Assembly: GCF_006345805.1 (NCBI RefSeq)
Contig: NC_043019.1
Location: 17,235,360-17,299,359, forward strand
Source: Octopus sinensis
Lineage: Eukaryota
Reading direction: 5' to 3'
DNA length: 64,000 nt
In this document: positions 33,312 to 47,237 of the stretch, piece after piece
How positions within the stretch are numbered: position 1 is the first letter of the stretch
Layout of the letters: each line of letters begins with the position of its first letter
Program-made: the position numbers and the translations under genes
Notes under the pieces: generated by a model
The model's database searches: none
What the model saw: only the letters and a program-made list of their open reading frames with translations
Told to the model about the DNA's origin: nothing

Positions 33312-33919
33312 AAAATATATATTTATATATATACAATTATCTGCTTTCATTTTATATTCAAGATGAAATGTGCATTGTACTTGAATTCTTAAAAATTATT
33401 TTTAATTGATATTCTTACACATCACGTGATATAATTGTCCGATAAGCTTCTTTAAAAACTTCCTTGTAGATAGACATGGAGAACAAAAGTAAAACTTGTT
33501 TTGTATTGAATGCTTTGGTAGAGTAGAACAAGATCCTTCTTTATTCAACCAAGCAAGACTGACAACTTAGTCACCTAAAATAAGGTTTATGGCCTAACGA
33601 AAAAACCCTTTGTTAAAAATGATGCATTACGTCAAAAAAATTTTTTTTAAAGTAGAGCAGAAATAAAAATGAAATACTAAATTCAACACCCAAAACTGGT
33701 TTGTTTGTATTTATAGATTGAGCTATATATATATGTGTATAAGTATATACACAAGCTGTCAATGGCCTAGCTGGCCAAAGCTTCAAAGTCACTGTCAACG
33801 ACATACTTATTTAAGAATAATAAATTTATACTTTACAAAAGTATAGAGTAACCCATCAGATTAATGCAAAACTGTTTTTTATTATAACTGAATGTATAAA
33901 CATTTATATGCATATATAT

Positions 33920-33959
<40 letters not shown>

Positions 33960-34269
33960 ATAATAATAATAATATTAGGGAATAAATCCAAACTTACAGG
34001 GAAAAATTAGATTTAGGATTAAATCCAATTTTATAGTATGAATATATATATTATATTAAATTAGAGATAAAATCACTATTAGGCAAATCAAACAGTGAAA
34101 AACATAAGCCAATACATAAAATTAATTTAAAAACATAAAAGTTAAAAATTAAAAAATTATTTAAATAATTTAAACTTATAAATTTTAAATATATATATAT
34201 ATATATGTATGTATATTTTTATATTTATATATTATTTTATTTATTAATTTATTAACTTTAAAAAAAATT

Positions 34270-34306
<37 letters not shown>

Positions 34307-34445
34307 TCAAAAGTATTAAAAGTTTAATAACGTGCATATATATATATGTATGATGATGCATACATATATATATATATATATATGCATACATATATAATAT
34401 ATATATATATATGCATACATATATATAATATATAATATATATATG

Positions 34446-34476
<31 letters not shown>

Positions 34477-34822
34477 GCATACATATATACATACATATAT
34501 GTACATACCTACATATGTATATATACATGCACATATGGGTACAGGACGTCAAAAAACGAGAACATAAAAAAACAAAAACATGGAAAACGAACTTTTTGGG
34601 GCAACGAAAGAAACAAATAGAGAAACGAGACAGGCAACATAAAGAACAGTCCCTTCATCAGTTGTCCCCTGTTTTATCTACTCTGCATTTCGAAGGTAGG
34701 GACAAGACGCGACTTCGTTAAAACAATCCTTCCCTCAAAGCAAATTAAATAAAATTTGGGATTTTTGCAAGGGGTTAAAGTGGTAACAAAAACAGGACAG
34801 TAAAAACGAACGGTGAGGGCTG

Positions 34823-35427
34823 TTAACTCTTTCATTACTGTATTTATTTTGAGATGCTCTGTGTTTCTTTCAATTATTTCAAACTAGCAGTATCGCCCGG
34901 CGTTGCTCGGGTTTGTAAGGGAAATAACTATATAAGCTTTTTAGAGAGTTATAGCCAAAAAATGCATTAAAAATGGGAAAAAAATGATGGTAAATTTTTT
35001 TTAAATCGTTGACTCATCGTAGACATTTTTAGAGAGTTACTTCCCTTATATAATAGCGAAAAAAATGCATTAAAATGGAAAAAATGATGGTAAATTTTTT
35101 TTAAATCGAAGACTCATCGTAGACGCGCGCTAATACCCAGAAGGGCTCGATATGAATCACAACTATAAGATACCCGGTTTTGGTTAAACTGCACCGCAAA
35201 ATGTGGGAGTAGTTAGGAATCTAAATCGTAGGAGACAGACATACAACCTTACTTTTATATATTTTAAATATAACAAAGAATTTAGTAAAATCACTTAGTT
35301 ATTAAGATAGTGTTAGGAACATAAAGTGTGACTAAGGTTTGGTGGAAGATTTTCATTCAAAACTTATGAAGACAAGACATTTGTACTTCAGAACCAGTTT
35401 CAGCTGGGTTGGTAACGAAAGGGTTAA
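34823..35427. mobile_element. piggyBac-type MITE interrupted by a Helitron (34884-~35260)
   Basis: Reverse copy of the 12713 family with nested insertion. Confidence 0.75.
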
Positions 35428-35587
35428 GCCATAACGAGGTGAAATGGTGAATGCTGGAGAAACGAGCTTTGACAAGAAACAGGCAGTATATATATATATG
35501 TATATAAAAGTGAGTTTGGAGGGACATATTATCCGGGTGGATACTGTATTCACTCTCAGTTTTGAGAGACTATAAAATAAATTTTGT

Positions 35588-36015
35588 GGCGCAGGAGTGG
35601 CTGTGTGGTAAGTAGCTTGTCTACCAACCACATGGTTCCGGGTTCAGTCCCACTGCGTGGCACCTTGGGCAAGTGTCTTCTACTATAGCCTCGGGCCGAC
35701 CAAAGCCTTGTGAGTGGATTTGGTAGACGGAAACTGAAAGAAGCCTGTCGTATGTATTTATGTATGTATGTATGTATGTATATATATATATATATATGCG
35801 TGTGTGTATCTGTGTTTGTCCCCCTAGCATTGCTTGACAACCGATGCTGGTGTGTTTATGTCCCCGTTACTTAGCGGTACAGCAAAAGAGACCGATATAA
35901 TAAGTACTGGGCTTACAAAAGAATAAGTCCCGGGGTCGATTTGATCGATTAAAGGCGGTGCTCCAGCATGGCTGCAGTCAAATGACTGAAACAAGTAAAA
36001 GAGTAAAAGAGAGTA
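35588..36015 (+). mobile_element. SINE family A
   Basis: Near-identical copy. Confidence 0.9.
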
Positions 36016-36174
36016 CAAGTTTCCACACTCTTTATTATTAACAATTATATATATATTTGTTGCACACACGCATTTTTGCTAATACATACGCGGTGAAGCT
36101 ACACATTAGCGTCGTATTTTTACGTTCGCTATTTCCAGTAAATATCGGTACTTAGTTGTGCCATTTATTTACTA

Positions 36175-36209
<35 letters not shown>

Positions 36210-37229
36210 GGTTTTCTATTTCTCATTATTTTTTGGTGAATTCAGTATTAATGCAGAGTTTTAAACAAAGTTTGCGAAGGACATAGCAACCTGAGGCTGG
36301 ATACTCTCTGTGGTCATTCGACCTGCTAGAAATAGCTGCCGAATCTCACCATGTTAACGGTGATGGGGAGACACATTGAATAATAATATGATTGTATGCT
36401 GGAAGAAAAGGACCTTAAGCGTCTTTTTTGGTGACAAGGCTTCTTGATCAGGGCCGACCTGGGGTTGAACAACAATAATTTCAGACGGAAATCAGCTTCA
36501 TTTTTCTTTATAAGTTCTTGACCCCACCAACAGAAAAAGAACAACAATTGTATCTGCAAGGGATTGAATGGAATTTTTTCATATATTTTTGTTTCCATTT
36601 TTTTTTAAAGCACCATCCGATCGTGGCCGTTTGCCAGACTCGTCTGGCACGTAAAAAGCACCCACTACACTCATGGAGTGGTTGGCATTAGGAACGGCAT
36701 CCAGCTGTAGAAACACTGCCAGATCAGACTGGCCTGGTGCAGCACCTGGCTTCCCAGACCCCAGTTGAACCGTCCAACCCATGCTAGCATGGAAAGCGGA
36801 TGCTAAACGATGATGATGATGATGAAAGTCAATATATTTTGTAGTTTGACAGTCGTCAACCACTTTAAAAGTTATTGCTTAAGCTATGAATAGACTACTA
36901 ATATGGTTAACTATTATATTAGTACAGCGATGTTTCGTTTTGGGATCCAGAAAGTGAAACTACTGAAGTTCACGAATGGCATAACAAATGGAAAGTAACT
37001 TTGTCACTTCACCTTCCATTTATGTTCAGACACCGAAAGTTGTCTTAAAATAACTTGATGAGCTGCGAGATTACAGTAAACATAATATCCAGTCGAATAC
37101 ATAAGTCATTGTAAAGGGTTTTATAAATTCATGTATTCCACTGTGAACAACACACTAGTAATATATTTTACTTGAAATAAATATAACTTACATGGACAAA
37201 TTAAACTGCTTGAGTCAGAATAGCCTGGG

Positions 37230-37565
37230 CAAAGTTCAGGGACTAAAGGCCTCTCGCTCAGAGTAAAAGGCAGACTGTATGATGCATGTGTACGAACAGC
37301 CATGCTACATGGCAGTGAAACATGGGCCGTGACTGCTGAGGACATGCGTAAGCTCCCAAGGAATGAAGCCAGTATGATCCGATGGATGTGTAATGTCAGT
37401 GTGCATACTCGACAGAGTGTAGGTACCTTGAGAGAAATGTTGGACCTAAGAAGCATCAGATGCAGTGTGCAAGAGAGACGACTGTGCTGGTATGGTCATG
37501 TGGCAAGAATGGATGAGGACAGCTGTGTGAAAAAGTACCACACCCTAGCGGTTGAGGGAAACCCT
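37230..37565 (+). mobile_element. RTE LINE internal fragment
   Basis: MLHGSETWAVTAEDMRKL...WYGHVARM. Confidence 0.85.
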
Positions 37566-38065
37566 GCCAAATCAGACATTGGAAGTCCATGTAGTTGACT
37601 GGCTTGCTGGATCATGTAAAATAGGTTTGACCAACTCCACATGGTAGATTCACCTGCGTACACCCTTCATATACATGTTACATAGGCACTCAAATAGACA
37701 AACACATTCCATGTGTGTGTGGTAAAAAAATGATATCATACAAGAAAGAAGAATGTAGTGCTAAATAATTATTTAACACTTATATTCCACTTCTCTTTTC
37801 TGAATCTTATTTGTTGATAAACAAGAAAATAGTTTGAACACCTGATGCTGCATGTACAAGTGTCGGAGAATAAATAAATGGATGAAGGATGGCAATTTTA
37901 ACGAAAGAGAAAATTAATTATGCTTGTCAAACTACCATCTGCTGGCCAAGCATGGCCCAACTTCTCTTATTCTTCACAGGTATAGTAACAGGCAGTTTGT
38001 GAGCAACAATGAACCAAGTGGCCTTACTATAGAGGACAGGACCCTTGCTCCTGTAGGTTCCAAAA

Positions 38066-38540
38066 TACAGGGTGACACCCAAAAAACAGAACCCATAAAA
38101 ATTTTATTAAATCCTACAAAACTCCAGCACATTTCAAGAAATTTGCTGGACTTAACCTTCGGTCTGTGTACGATCATTCCCTTTGCATAAAAATCGTGTT
38201 CTTTTCAAAATATGCTCCAAATGGCATAAGTCGTGCAAACACTTGCATACATCATGCAAAATTGTTAATTACTCCACCACATTCCTCTTTGGGGATTTCC
38301 TTGATTTCTGCTGTGATTGCTGCCTTCAGTTCACCAATCGTTTGAGGGTTGTTCTGGTAAACATTATCTTTGAGATACCCCCACAGATAAAAATCTGTGG
38401 GGTTCAAGTCTGGCGAATCCGGCGCCCACTCAACGTCACACTTCCTGCTGATCAGTCTCTCCTGAAATCCCTCTCTCAGCCAGGTTAGGGAGTCATTTGA
38501 TATGTGAGGAGTGGCCCCGTTTTGCTGGAACCACTGTACA
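38066..38540 (-). mobile_element. Tc1/mariner transposase 3' fragment with TIR
   Basis: WFQQNGATPH...WAPDSPDLNPTDFYLWGYLKDNVY..NPQTIGELKAAI; TA-cagggtg terminus. Confidence 0.82.
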
Positions 38541-38713
38541 TCTTGATCTATCTATCCCTCTGCGTCGTTTTATTCAAAGGTTTGTGGGTTCTGTTTTTTC
38601 TATCCATCTGATACCATTTATCAGATGATAGCAATTCACTCTCTGCTCTCACTCTAATGCTAATTCTTGCTGGAATATAACTTTGTTCTTTCTACCTGTG
38701 TAAAATATAACTA

Positions 38714-38876
38714 AGTGGCTGTGTGGTAAGTAGCTTGCTAACCAACCACATGGTTCCGGGTTCAGTCCCACTGCATGGCATCTTGGGCAAGTGTCTTCTG
38801 CTATAGCTCCAGGCCAACCAATGCCTTGTGAGTGGATTTGGTAGACGGAAACTGAAAGAAGCCTGTCGTATGTATG

Positions 38877-38911
<35 letters not shown>

Positions 38912-39112
38912 CTGTGTTTGTCCCCCTAGCATTGCTTGACAACCGATGCTGGTGTGTTTACGTCCCTGTCAAGTAGCGGTTCGGCAAAAGACACCGATAG
39001 AATAAGCTTACAAAGAATAAGTCCCGGGGTCGATTTGCTTGACTAAAGGCGGTGCTCCAGCATGGCCACAGTCAAATGACTGAAACAAGTAAAAGAATAA
39101 AAGAATAAAGAA
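38714..39112 (+). mobile_element. SINE family A
   Basis: Slightly 5'-truncated copy. Confidence 0.88.
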
Positions 39113-39804
39113 TAACATCTGCTAACATTTATTACGTTATTTAAATTTATTAATGTATGAGTTTTCTAATCATGTAAAATATTTTGGGACTTGCATTATT
39201 CAAAATAATATATTATTCACCTCTGATGGTCACCTCAGATTGAAAGGTGAAATTTCTTTGTTGGGACATAATGAATAAGATAGAAATATTTGCCGTTCAC
39301 ATTATTTGTATAGTTTCTTTTAAGATCTTTCTCTCTGGACTTTGGTCTCCTTCAACATTTGATTACATATATCTTTTTATAAATAATAAGACAATGATGG
39401 GTTGGAATAAAAAAGTAAAACAAATGGATCATACAGGCAAAGGTGAATGCTAGGTAAGTCTGTATGATAGCAGGGTGTATAGATGGGAGGTATGTAGATT
39501 AAGATAAGAAAAGTTAGGTCATCGTAAAAAAGCAAGAAGCATAGACCACACGAAAGGAGGAGGTGGGGGTATTATAGATGATTAAATAATGGTAGTTAAG
39601 AAGAGAGAAATAATGAAATTAATGGGGTTCTGAAAAGAATAGGGGATTAAAACAAGTGTAGGGCATTCAGGGTGTATACAGAACAATAGAGTTTAAAGTA
39701 TGAGAACAGAAAAAGGTGATTTGGTAAGAAATGTTTTTTGTTTCAGTTTGCTAAACTGCACTGCAGGGAATGTTGATAACCTATTCAACCAAAACTGGAT
39801 GCAT

Positions 39805-39944
39805 AGACAGATGTAAACATCTTGTCTTCAGAGACAGATGTAAACATCTTGTCTTCAGAGACAGATGTAAACATCTTGTCTTCAGAGACAGATGTAAACA
39901 TCTTGTCTTCAGAGACAGATGTAAACATCTTGTCTTCAGAGACA
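39805..39944 (+). repeat. 27-bp perfect tandem repeat, 5 copies
   Basis: Unit agacagatgtaaacatcttgtcttcag with internal hairpin agatgt-aa-acatct. Confidence 0.9.
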
Positions 39945-40782
39945 ATAACTTTATGGATAGAAAAACAAGTCCTGTTGATTTTTTTGTGTCTTTGAAAATA
40001 TTATATACACAGATAAGGTGTTTACACAATACATAATGTTGGTTTAAAATCTATATTCCGTAGTATAGTATATCATCATCATCATCGTTTAACGTCTGTT
40101 TTCCATGCTAGCATGGGTTGGATGGTTCGACCAGGGTCTGGGAAGCCAGGAGGCTGCACCAGGCTCCAGTCTGTTCTGGCAATGTTTCTACAGCTGGATG
40201 CCCTTCCTAACGCCAACCACTCCGTGAGTGTAGTGGGTGCTTTTTACGTGCCATTGGCACGGGGGCCAGAGGATATATTGAAAGAAAACATTAGTAATAC
40301 AACAGTAATTTATTAATGAAACTAACTGTCTAGAATGCATTCTATACACAAATTGGGATCCATTTAATTTACTTAGGACCTTAACATTCAGTGATTTGTA
40401 AGAAGTGTTTCTGGATAAAGAAGATGCTTGGATGTTGATAAAATTTCAACAAAGGAGTGAAACTAGTCTAAGATAAATAATTATCATTTTTGCATCCACT
40501 TTTCTATGCTTGCATGGGTCAGACAGAGTGTATTGAGGCAGATTTTCTATGGCCAGATGCCCCTCCATTGCCAAACCTTACCTGTTTCCAGGGAAATACT
40601 TCCTATGGCTGTCCATGTTTCCATGGAAGACTGGAAATAAGACACTGCTTGTATGGTGGTGATGTTTATTTTACAATTATTGTGTGATGTTAAGACAAGG
40701 AGACAAGAACACTCACATAAATATATTCTGATGATTACATAAATAGTGTATTGTAAAAGTAAAAAAATACTGTCAATAAAAT

Positions 40783-42786
40783 CATCATCATCATCATCGT
40801 TAAACGTCCGTTCTCCATGCTAGCATGGGTTGGACGGTTCGACTGGGGATCTGGTAAGCCATGGAGGCTGCACCAGGCTCCATTCTGATCTGGCAGTGTT
40901 TCTACAGCTGGATGCCCTTCCTAACGCCAACCACTCCGTGAGTGTAGTGGGTGCTTTTTACGTGCCACCTGCACAGGTGCCAGGTGAGGCTGGCAACGGC
41001 CACGATCGGATTGGTGCATTTTACGTGCCACCGGCACGGAAGCCAGTCAAGGTGGCACTGGCATTAGCCATGATTCGGATAGTGCTTTTTACGTGCCACC
41101 GGCACGGAAGCCAGTCTAGGCGGCGCTGGCATTGGCCATGATTCGGATAGTGTTTTTATGTGCCACCGGCACGGAAGCCAGCCAAGGCGGCGCTGGTATC
41201 GGCCATGATTCGGATAGTGTTTTTATGTGCCACCGGCACGGAAGCCAGTCTAGGCGGCGCTGGCATCGGCTACGTTCAGATGGTGCTTTTTACGTGCCAC
41301 CGGCACAGGGATCACAACTGTAGTTTCCATTGATTTTGATTTTGGTGTACTTGACTCAATGGATCTCCTCAAGCACAGGGTTGAAATGGTGTTTCTTCAC
41401 TTGCCACCTGCACAGGAGTCAGTCCAGTGGTCCTGGCAACTGCCGGGTGCCAGTCATAGGATTGGTTCAATTTCCATTCCGATTTCACTTGCCCCAACAG
41501 GTCTTTGCAAGCAGAGTTTAGTGTCCAATGAAGGGAGGTTGGCATGGGTGCCTGTCGTCGGATGAGGTTCGATTTCGATGCCTCAACAGGTCTTTGTGCG
41601 TCCAAGGGAGGAAAGACATGCATAAGTGGGCTGGACTCACTTGTCCTGCTGGTTCTTCTCACACACAGCATATTTCCAAAGGTCCCAGTCGCTAGTCATT
41701 GCCTCGGTGAGGCCTAAAGTTCGAAGGTCGTGCTTCACCACCTCGTCCCATTTTTTCCTGGGTCTACCTCTTCCACAGGTTCCCTCAACTGCTAGGGATT
41801 GGCACTTTTTCACACACCTATCTTCATCCATTCTCTCCACATGACCATACCAGCGCAATCGTCTCTCTTGCATACCACAGCTGATGCTTCTTAGGTCCAA
41901 CATTTCTCTCAAGGTACTAACACTCTGTTGAGTATGCACACTGACATTACGCATCCATCGGATCATACTGGCTTCATTCCTCATGAGCTTACGCATGTCC
42001 TCAGCAGTCATGGCCCATGTTTCACTGCCATGTAGCATGGCTGTTCGTACACATGCATCATACAGCCTGCCTTTTACTCTGAGCGAGAGGCCTTTAGTCA
42101 CCAGCAGAGGTAAGAGCTCCCTGAACTTTGCCCAGGCTATTCTTACTCTAGTGGCTACACTTTCAGTACACCCACCCTCACTACTGACTTGGTCACCTAG
42201 ATAACGGAAGCTATCAACTACTTCTAGTTTTTCCCCCTGGAAAGTGACGGAAGTTGTTTTCTGCAGATTTTCAGTGTTTATTGCTCCTGAGCATCTGCCA
42301 TATACAAAAACTATCTTCCTAGTTAGCCTTCCTTTGACATTGCTGCACCTTTTATGTGTCCATAGCTTACACTGGGTACATCTTATAGAGTTTCTACCTA
42401 CGCCTTTTCTACAGATCGAGCAGGGCCATCTACCTGAAGGCATTTGTGGTTTGTCTACCTTCCTACTTATTAGGACTTTGGTTTTAGCTAGGTTGACTCT
42501 AAGGCCCCTCGATTCTAATCCCTCCTTCCACACCTGAAACTTCCCCTCCAGTTCTGATAGTGACTCAGCAATTAGAGCAAGGTCATCAGCATAGAGGAGC
42601 TCCCAGGGGCATCCTGTCTTGAATTCCTCCGTTATTGCCTGGAGGACTATGATAAATAGGATGGGGCTGAGGATTGAACCCTGGTGGACCCCAAACTCTA
42701 CCTTGAATTCTTCAGTGTACACGTTGCCAACCCTCACCTTACTGACAGCATCCCTGTACATGGCTTGCACAGCTCTCACCAGCCAT
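40783..42786 (-). mobile_element. 5'-truncated RTE-clade LINE (RT C-terminal half with PHD-like Cys insert, 3' UTR, (GAT)n tail)
   Basis: ORF 41637-42779: GVHQGSILSP, LYADD, CSICRKGVG..SIRC..C..W.HKRC, FRYLG, MLHGSETW, RLRWYGHV. Confidence 0.92.
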
Positions 42787-43135
42787 AAAGTTTAAAAAAG
42801 TAAACTTTAATGGCAAATATATTTGGTGATATTTACAAAGATTTTTATTATAAGAATTAAATATCCTATTGTTGGACACAAAGTAAATATTCTTTGTTGT
42901 TGCAACAACTTCAGATTTATATTCTAGATAAAGGAAACTGGCTTAGGCGGACTGTGCGCATTAGAAAATGCAGCACATCTGGAGTAAATTCTTATATTGT
43001 CAGTTTTGATCAGGAATGGTGGAATGTTGACCAAGTCCAGTGCAAACTGAAGTTCAGCTGTCCAGCATGGTACATATAACCTTTCAGGGGACCAATGGAA
43101 GTTTTCTTCAGGATGATTCATAGAAAATCAATCAA

Positions 43136-43238
43136 TCAGTCAGTTTTTCTCATAGTGATCAATTGTATTGATCTCCCAAATTATTGTTCAGATGTGATCA
43201 ATAACTTCCTTCAGTTGACAGCTTTTCAATTGTATTCG
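43136..43238 (-). CDS. MED30: MED30 terminal exon with premature TGA and apparent +1 insertion
   Basis: RIQLKSCQLKEVIDHI*TIIWEINT; removing one T gives MITMRKTD*. AATAAA at about 42843-42848 (minus). Confidence 0.8.
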
Positions 43239-46200
43239 CTGGAAAGAAAAAAAGAATATAAATGAATAGAATTTTAGTTACGAATTAAAACAGTTTGTCC
43301 AAAATAGTTAAAATGGGAACAGAAGCAGACTCAAAGACAAAAACTTACTTCAACCATGTCTCTGTGTTCTTCAGAAACAATTTGGTAAAGGTTATGTTTT
43401 TCAGCATCTCGAAGGAATTCAGTGTTATATTCCTTGTTACAAATTGGTATAAGATTCTACTGAAATCAAAAAAATAAATTACTGAAATAGCAATATGTGC
43501 AATTTTAAAAGAAAACAAAAAAAAAATTACTAATGAATGGCTTCTGAGACTAGGTAAAGTTATGTAAAGCAGGTGAGGACTGACAGTGAATTCTGTGAAG
43601 AATTCAGTAAAAAGACATCCACCAAATTCCTAATTCCTCTCTCCCCACTCACCTCAAACCTTGAGGGGGCCACCTGGACACCTCATCACTACTATTTATC
43701 TCTTTGCAGCTCCACCTGACCATTCTCACCCTTTCTTCTAATTGTGAATAGCTGTGTAACTCCTCTACAATAATAACCTGCTCTCCACCCTTCTCTCATA
43801 CTTGAACCACCCCTATCGACTTCCTTGGTTTATAGTCTTGCAGTCTGCAAGATAACCTCACTAGTGCAGATGGTACAAACAAAACACTCAGTCCATACTG
43901 TTAGGTGGTAGATGGTTGGCTTTAGGAAGCCATAGAAACCATGCTGAAGCAGGCACTGGACCAGAATGCAGTTGTTGGGCCCACTGGAATCTGTCAAACC
44001 ATCCAACCCATGCCAGCATGGAACATGGACATTAAATAATGAGGAATAATAGTCTTCAGTAAAACCCTCTCATCAGCTCTCTACCACTTGTTTTCATTCT
44101 TCAGTAGATTAAAACTGGATGATTTTTGGCATTTTTATTTGCTAATGCCCTGATTCTTAACTTAGAATCTACCAAAGAGTTGTAGAATATGATCCAAAAA
44201 TGAAACTATAGCTTAGAGTCCAAAGGACAACATGTCACACAGCAAAGACCTAATTGTTGACACAGAGCACTAAGCTTGCTTTTCCTGATCGATAAGGAGA
44301 GTAAACAGTAACTCACTGCTCTAGACTCTATACAAGCAATGGGTATACAAAAGGAATTTCTGGTAGATTAATAATGAACAATGGTTTTACTGTACTAAAT
44401 GTACGTGACATTTAGCAACTGATAAGAAAGTCTATGAATTTCTCAGATATGAAAATATGGTTGAGAGTTTCTGTTATGTGGGTGACATATATAAGTGATG
44501 GGAGTAATTATGGAGACATTGTAGTAACTGGAGTACGGTCTGAGTGGGAAAGGAACAGGGGAGCTGATACCGTGAATGGCAACAAAGGATTTCTTTACGT
44601 GGTGCTTGATCTGCAAGAAATAGCAGCTGAATCTGCCTCAAATCACAGCATACTACTTTACAACAGAAGGAAGCATCAGGAAAAAAAAAAGTCAGGATGG
44701 TCATAGCTGGAAATCCTTTCATCACCAGATTGCATAATCAGGTCTGATCCAGAATAACAACAGTAATAAAAGATTTATATTTTGTACAAAAAGTAGTCTT
44801 TATAGAGAAGCAAAGAAGGATCTAATTAATAATAAATTAGATTTTTTAAATAGTTCTTCTGAAACATCATTTGAGCGGGATCGTTACCTGCGTCGCCTTA
44901 CTGGCACTTGTGCTGGTGGCACATGAAAAAGCATTTGAGTGAGGTCGTTGCCAGTGCCGCTGGACAGGCTCCTGTGCAGGTGGTACATAAAAAGCACCAT
45001 TTGAGCGTGGCTGTTGCCAGTACCACCTGACTGGCCCTCGTGACGGTGACACGTAAAAGCACCCACTACACTCTCGGAGTGGTTGGCATTAGGAAGGGCA
45101 TCCAGCTGTAGAAACTCTGCCAGATCAGATTGGAGTCTGGTGCAGCCATGATGAAAGGAAAAAAGCATCTTAAGAATTATGCGATAAGTTCAAAAATAGA
45201 AATAATTTAAAATATCGAAATATTCTTACTTCAGAAGAAAACATTGCTTCTCTCGGACCAGTGCTTTCTTCTACTTTTTCAGAGATGATGCATAGTTTGC
45301 GGAAACCTAAATTCAAAATCCTCATTTGATCATCAAGTTTATTTTTCTTCTTTTGGTATTGTTGTACATTATAAGAAGCACCATTAGGCAACTGCAACAA
45401 AGAAATATTGCATTAAACTAATTACAGAAAAAAAAAAAAAAAGTCTGATGCATTCATTGATATTTTCAATAACAATTTAGGGTGAAATATTTTTTTCTAG
45501 CTTTATTCCAATCAAAACCTTATTTTTTGGTGTGTGTGTGTGATTTTTATTGATTCAAAATTTCTTTGACTGTATCTGTTTTATTTGCTGCATGGAAATA
45601 CTTTACAAATAGATGTGCTTCCAAACACATAGAAAGTACACATGAAAATAACATGTTGTTGAAGAATGTAACGCTGTGTTACTCTTGTGGCCGGAATCTA
45701 AGCCATGAACTAAGGACAAGTAACAGCTCCTATATGCTGACCTACATAGAGAGCCATGCTCTATCACTATACAAGGAGAGACAAGGCAAAACTGTATAAA
45801 GAGAATCTTACTTTATGGCTAAATGGTTGACATGTGTTGCTAAAATCAATTAACCAAACTTGATTGAAGAAACAGATTGATTAACCCTTTTGTTACAAGC
45901 CCGGCTGAAACCGGCTCTGGCTCTGAGTACAAATGTCTTGTTTACATAAGTTTTGAATTAAAATCTTCCACCAAACCTTAGTCACAATTTATGTTCCTAA
46001 CACTAGCTGAATGATAACCAAGTTATTTTACTAAATTCTTTGTTATATTTAAAGTAATTGAAGGAAACACAGAGCATCTCAAAATAAATACAGTAATGAA
46101 AGGGTTAACAGAGTTGTTCACCTTTTTCCAGATTTTCTCTTTTTATTTTCCCCTAATTGGGAAACCCTATATTCACCTCTTCAGCAAGACACCTGCTCTT

Positions 46201-47095
46201 GTCCCTCTATCATACTTTCATATCCTTCAATATTAAACCCCCACTGAAGATGGTGCGCTGGCAGAATGCTTGGTGGCATTCCATCCATCTTCACATCTTG
46301 AATTCAAATTTTGCTGAGGTTGACTTTGCCTTTCATCCTTTCAGGGCCAATGAAAAATAAGTACCAGTTGAGAACTGGGGTCGATATAATCAACTTACAC
46401 TTCCCCTGAGATTGCTGGCTTTGTGCCAAAGGAGACTCTTCTCTTGAGAGTACTTGGTGACTTCACCAGTGCTGGTGCCATGCAAAAAAAAAATCCCAGC
46501 ACACTTTGTAAAGTGGTTGGTATTAGGTTGAGCAACAATGTCAAAGCAGACATTGGAACTTGGCAAAGGCTTTTGGCTCGTCAGCTCCTTTCAAACTATC
46601 CAACCCATGTGAGCAAGGACAAAGGGATGTTAAACGATGATGATGATATTATTCAAATTAAAATCAATTAGTCTTTTAATAAAGGCTGAAATCAGCAAAA
46701 AGTATTATGATGAAAAATTAAAAGATTATTGGCAAACTTACTGATATGGTTTTCAGACTCCCGAAGATATCTGCAGCTCTTTGTACTGTGTCATGTACAA
46801 TCTCTTGACCGAGTCGACGCAAGGAAACACTATTCACCTCTTTAGGGAGCTGACCACCTTGTTGGCTTCGTGCGACATGACTTGGTAACTGACTGCTTCC
46901 TCCCTGGGATAACATTCCACCACCTGACTGGGGCAGCATGTTGGATTGTTGAGTGTTTTGTTGCTGATTGGTCTGACCTGCCTGACCATGCATTTGCTGT
47001 TGTGATAAAGGTGGGACTAATGCAGACCCCGCCATTGGAGGGGCTTGTCCTGAGGCTGACATACCTGTATTTAGATATATATTACTCTCCTCCAT
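43136..47095 (-). CDS. MED30: Mediator subunit 30; 4 coding exons, last exon disrupted (possible pseudogene or defective allele)
   Basis: Exons 46742-47095 (start ATG at 47095 or 47062), 45230-45391, 43349-43456, 43136/43140-43238. Motifs KEVNSVSLRRLGQEIVHD, LPNG.SY, FRKL, NLIP, QLKEVIDHI*TIIWEIN match MED30. In-frame TGA at 43188-43190. Confidence 0.88.
43349..43456 (-). CDS. MED30: MED30 exon (NLIPICNKEY...SEEHRDMVE)
   Basis: tttcagtag tandem acceptor, gtaagt donor, 108 nt. Confidence 0.85.
45230..45391 (-). CDS. MED30: MED30 exon (LPNGASYNVQQYQ...GFRKLCIISEK...)
   Basis: ttgcag acceptor, gtaaga donor, 162 nt. Confidence 0.9.
45881..46108. mobile_element. piggyBac-type MITE (same family)
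   Basis: TTAA TSD; near-identical to 12713-12941. Confidence 0.8.
46742..47095 (-). CDS. MED30: MED30 first coding exon (Q/G-rich N-terminus + EVNSVSLRRLGQE)
   Basis: ctacag acceptor before 47104 with ctaat branch-like motif; gtaagt donor, phase 0. Confidence 0.88.
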
Positions 47096-47171
47096 GTAAA
47101 ACACCTGTAGTTACACACACACAGCAATTAGGGAAATGAATTACAATAAGTTTTTGAACAAAAGTACATGT

Positions 47172-47237
<66 letters not shown>

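Noticed and set aside
34185-34552. Y/I/M/C/H-rich ORFs (also 2076-2352, 49833-50123)
   Set aside because: Translations of (TA)/(TG)/(TATG) microsatellites
34620-34740. CTGATGAaggg and ccttcGAAA on the minus strand, suggesting a permuted hammerhead
   Set aside because: Stems I and III cannot be paired convincingly; at most a decayed PLE-like remnant
39805-39944. CTGAAGA repeated on the minus strand of the 27-bp array
   Set aside because: No GAAA or cleavage triplet, so not a hammerhead array
42290-42430. PHD-like Cys/His finger inside the RT ORF as a novel fusion
   Set aside because: Present in both copies here and, as I recall, a known feature of this RTE lineage
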